A stretch of DNA of 63,309 nucleotides, counting the filler, from Reclinomonas americana ATCC 50394 (taxonomy: Eukaryota): NCBI GenBank assembly GCA_048213135.1. It is 5 parts of 2 records of this genome, joined end to end, with 100 filler letters (N's around TTAATTAATTAA, not from the genome) between each part and the next. Parts side by side here need not be neighbours in the genome. Positions count along the whole stretch, not along the records: positions 58,583 to 63,309 come from PS015044.1; 4 more parts are not named here. One strand, written 5' to 3'. Below are positions 62,601 through 63,309 of the stretch, one piece after another. The translations under genes were made by a program, and so were the position numbers. Numbering within the stretch: the stretch's first letter is position 1; each line of letters opens with the position of its first letter. The notes beneath the pieces are model-generated. The model was not told the origin of the DNA and did not search any database. It worked only from the letters and a program-made list of their open reading frames with translations.

Positions 62601-63309
62601 NNNNNNNNNNNNNNNNNNNNNNNNNNNNNNNNNNNNNNNNNNNNNNNNNNNNNNNNNNNNNNNNNNNNNNNNNNNNNNNNNNNNNNNNNNNNNNNNNNNN
62701 NNNNNNNNNNNNNNNNNNNNNNNNNNNNNNNNNNNNNNNNNNNNNNNNNNNNNNNNNNNNNNNNNNNNNNNNNNNNNNNNNNNNNNNNNNNNNNNNNNNN
62801 NNNNNNNNNNNNNNNNNNNNNNNNNNNNNNNNNNNNNNNNNNNNNNNNNNNNNNNNNNNNNNNNNNNNNNNNNNNNNNNNNNNNNNNNNNNNNNNNNNNN
62901 NNNNNNNNNNNNNNNNNNNNNNNNNNNNNNNNNNNNNNNNNNNNNNNNNNNNNNNNNNNNNNNNNNNNNNNNNNNNNNNNNNNNNNNNNNNNNNNNNNNN
63001 NNNNNNNNNNNNNNNNNNNNNNNNNNNNNNNNNNNNNNNNNNNNNNNNNNNNNNNNNNNNNNNNNNNNNNNNNNCGTCTGTCGACGCGAGAGTGCCAATC
63101 ACTCCGTTCGAGACAAGTGGCGGAGTGTACGTCGACGACGAAAGGGTTGGTGCAGTCGGATTCACATTGACTGTGATAGACAATGAGAAAAACCCCATCA
63201 CCACGAATACGAAGAAACAAGTACCTTCGCTGATGGTGAATGTCGTGCTAGCTGTGCCGCCCGCTCCATCGCTCACTTGCACAATCACTTGTAGATTGCT
63301 GCCAGTGAG
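50638..63309 (-). CDS. Giant tandem cadherin-like repeat protein; ~33 complete or partial 92-94 aa domains visible, one per phase-1 exon; open at both ends
   Basis: Consensus (A/V)NVNPTAPTLSSSTYTPPLALNGVIGTLASTDVNTGQTLTYTITGGTNQASFNISGTSLRSNVAGLTGNNLQVIVQVSDGAGGTASTTFTINE. Exons are 276-282 nt separated by ~56-76 nt introns. The pattern G.VIGTL...D......TY.I......F.I.G..L......V.V.V.D.G resembles cadherin-like repeats. Confidence 0.85.
58908..61677 (-). repeat. Higher-order 1383-bp repeat (4 exons plus 4 distinct introns); further copies at ~56908-58291 and degenerate at ~55184-56560
   Basis: Homologous intron donors are spaced 1383 bp apart: 61327/59944, ~60990/59607, ~60641/59258, ~60292/58909. 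Confidence 0.9.

Noticed and set aside
50638-63309. Regular conserved/variable alternation resembling a CRISPR or cassette array
   Set aside because: Conserved parts are 93-codon exons and variable parts are GT/GC-AG introns.
1-63309. Alternative genetic code
   Set aside because: No in-frame stops in the conserved exons I reconstructed; TGA and TAA both end genes at expected places.

Overview
Eukaryotic, intron-dense draft sequence, probably a flagellated protist (inference). Most introns are ~58-80 nt, microsatellites and N-gaps are frequent, and four artificial TTAATTAATTAA linkers join five separate pieces. Genes reconstructed by hand, in order: 3' end of an HTATIP2/YraR-like oxidoreductase; a giant (~80-repeat) SHIPPO/ODF3-STPG PGP-repeat protein; a 77-aa DUF5808-like protein with probable lipid anchors; a secreted PQQ/BamB-type beta-propeller; an unknown coiled-coil protein; an RCC1-like protein; SWR1/SRCAP (one fragment inverted); two tandem mitochondrial phosphate carriers; SIN3; and a >12.6 kb array of one-exon-per-domain cadherin-like repeats. 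The most unusual signal is in splicing. (1) A recurrent second class of 5' splice site, N|GTTGCGT or N|GTTGAGT, is the normal donor consensus displaced by one base and occurs almost only when the last exon base is not G (19 sites in 8 genes). (2) Seven frame-essential 5-nt micro-exons sit in the SHIPPO gene. (3) A GC-AG intron was propagated by a 1383-bp higher-order repeat. No RNA genes, CRISPR arrays or transposon ORFs were recognised. All gene models are manual and lack transcript support.
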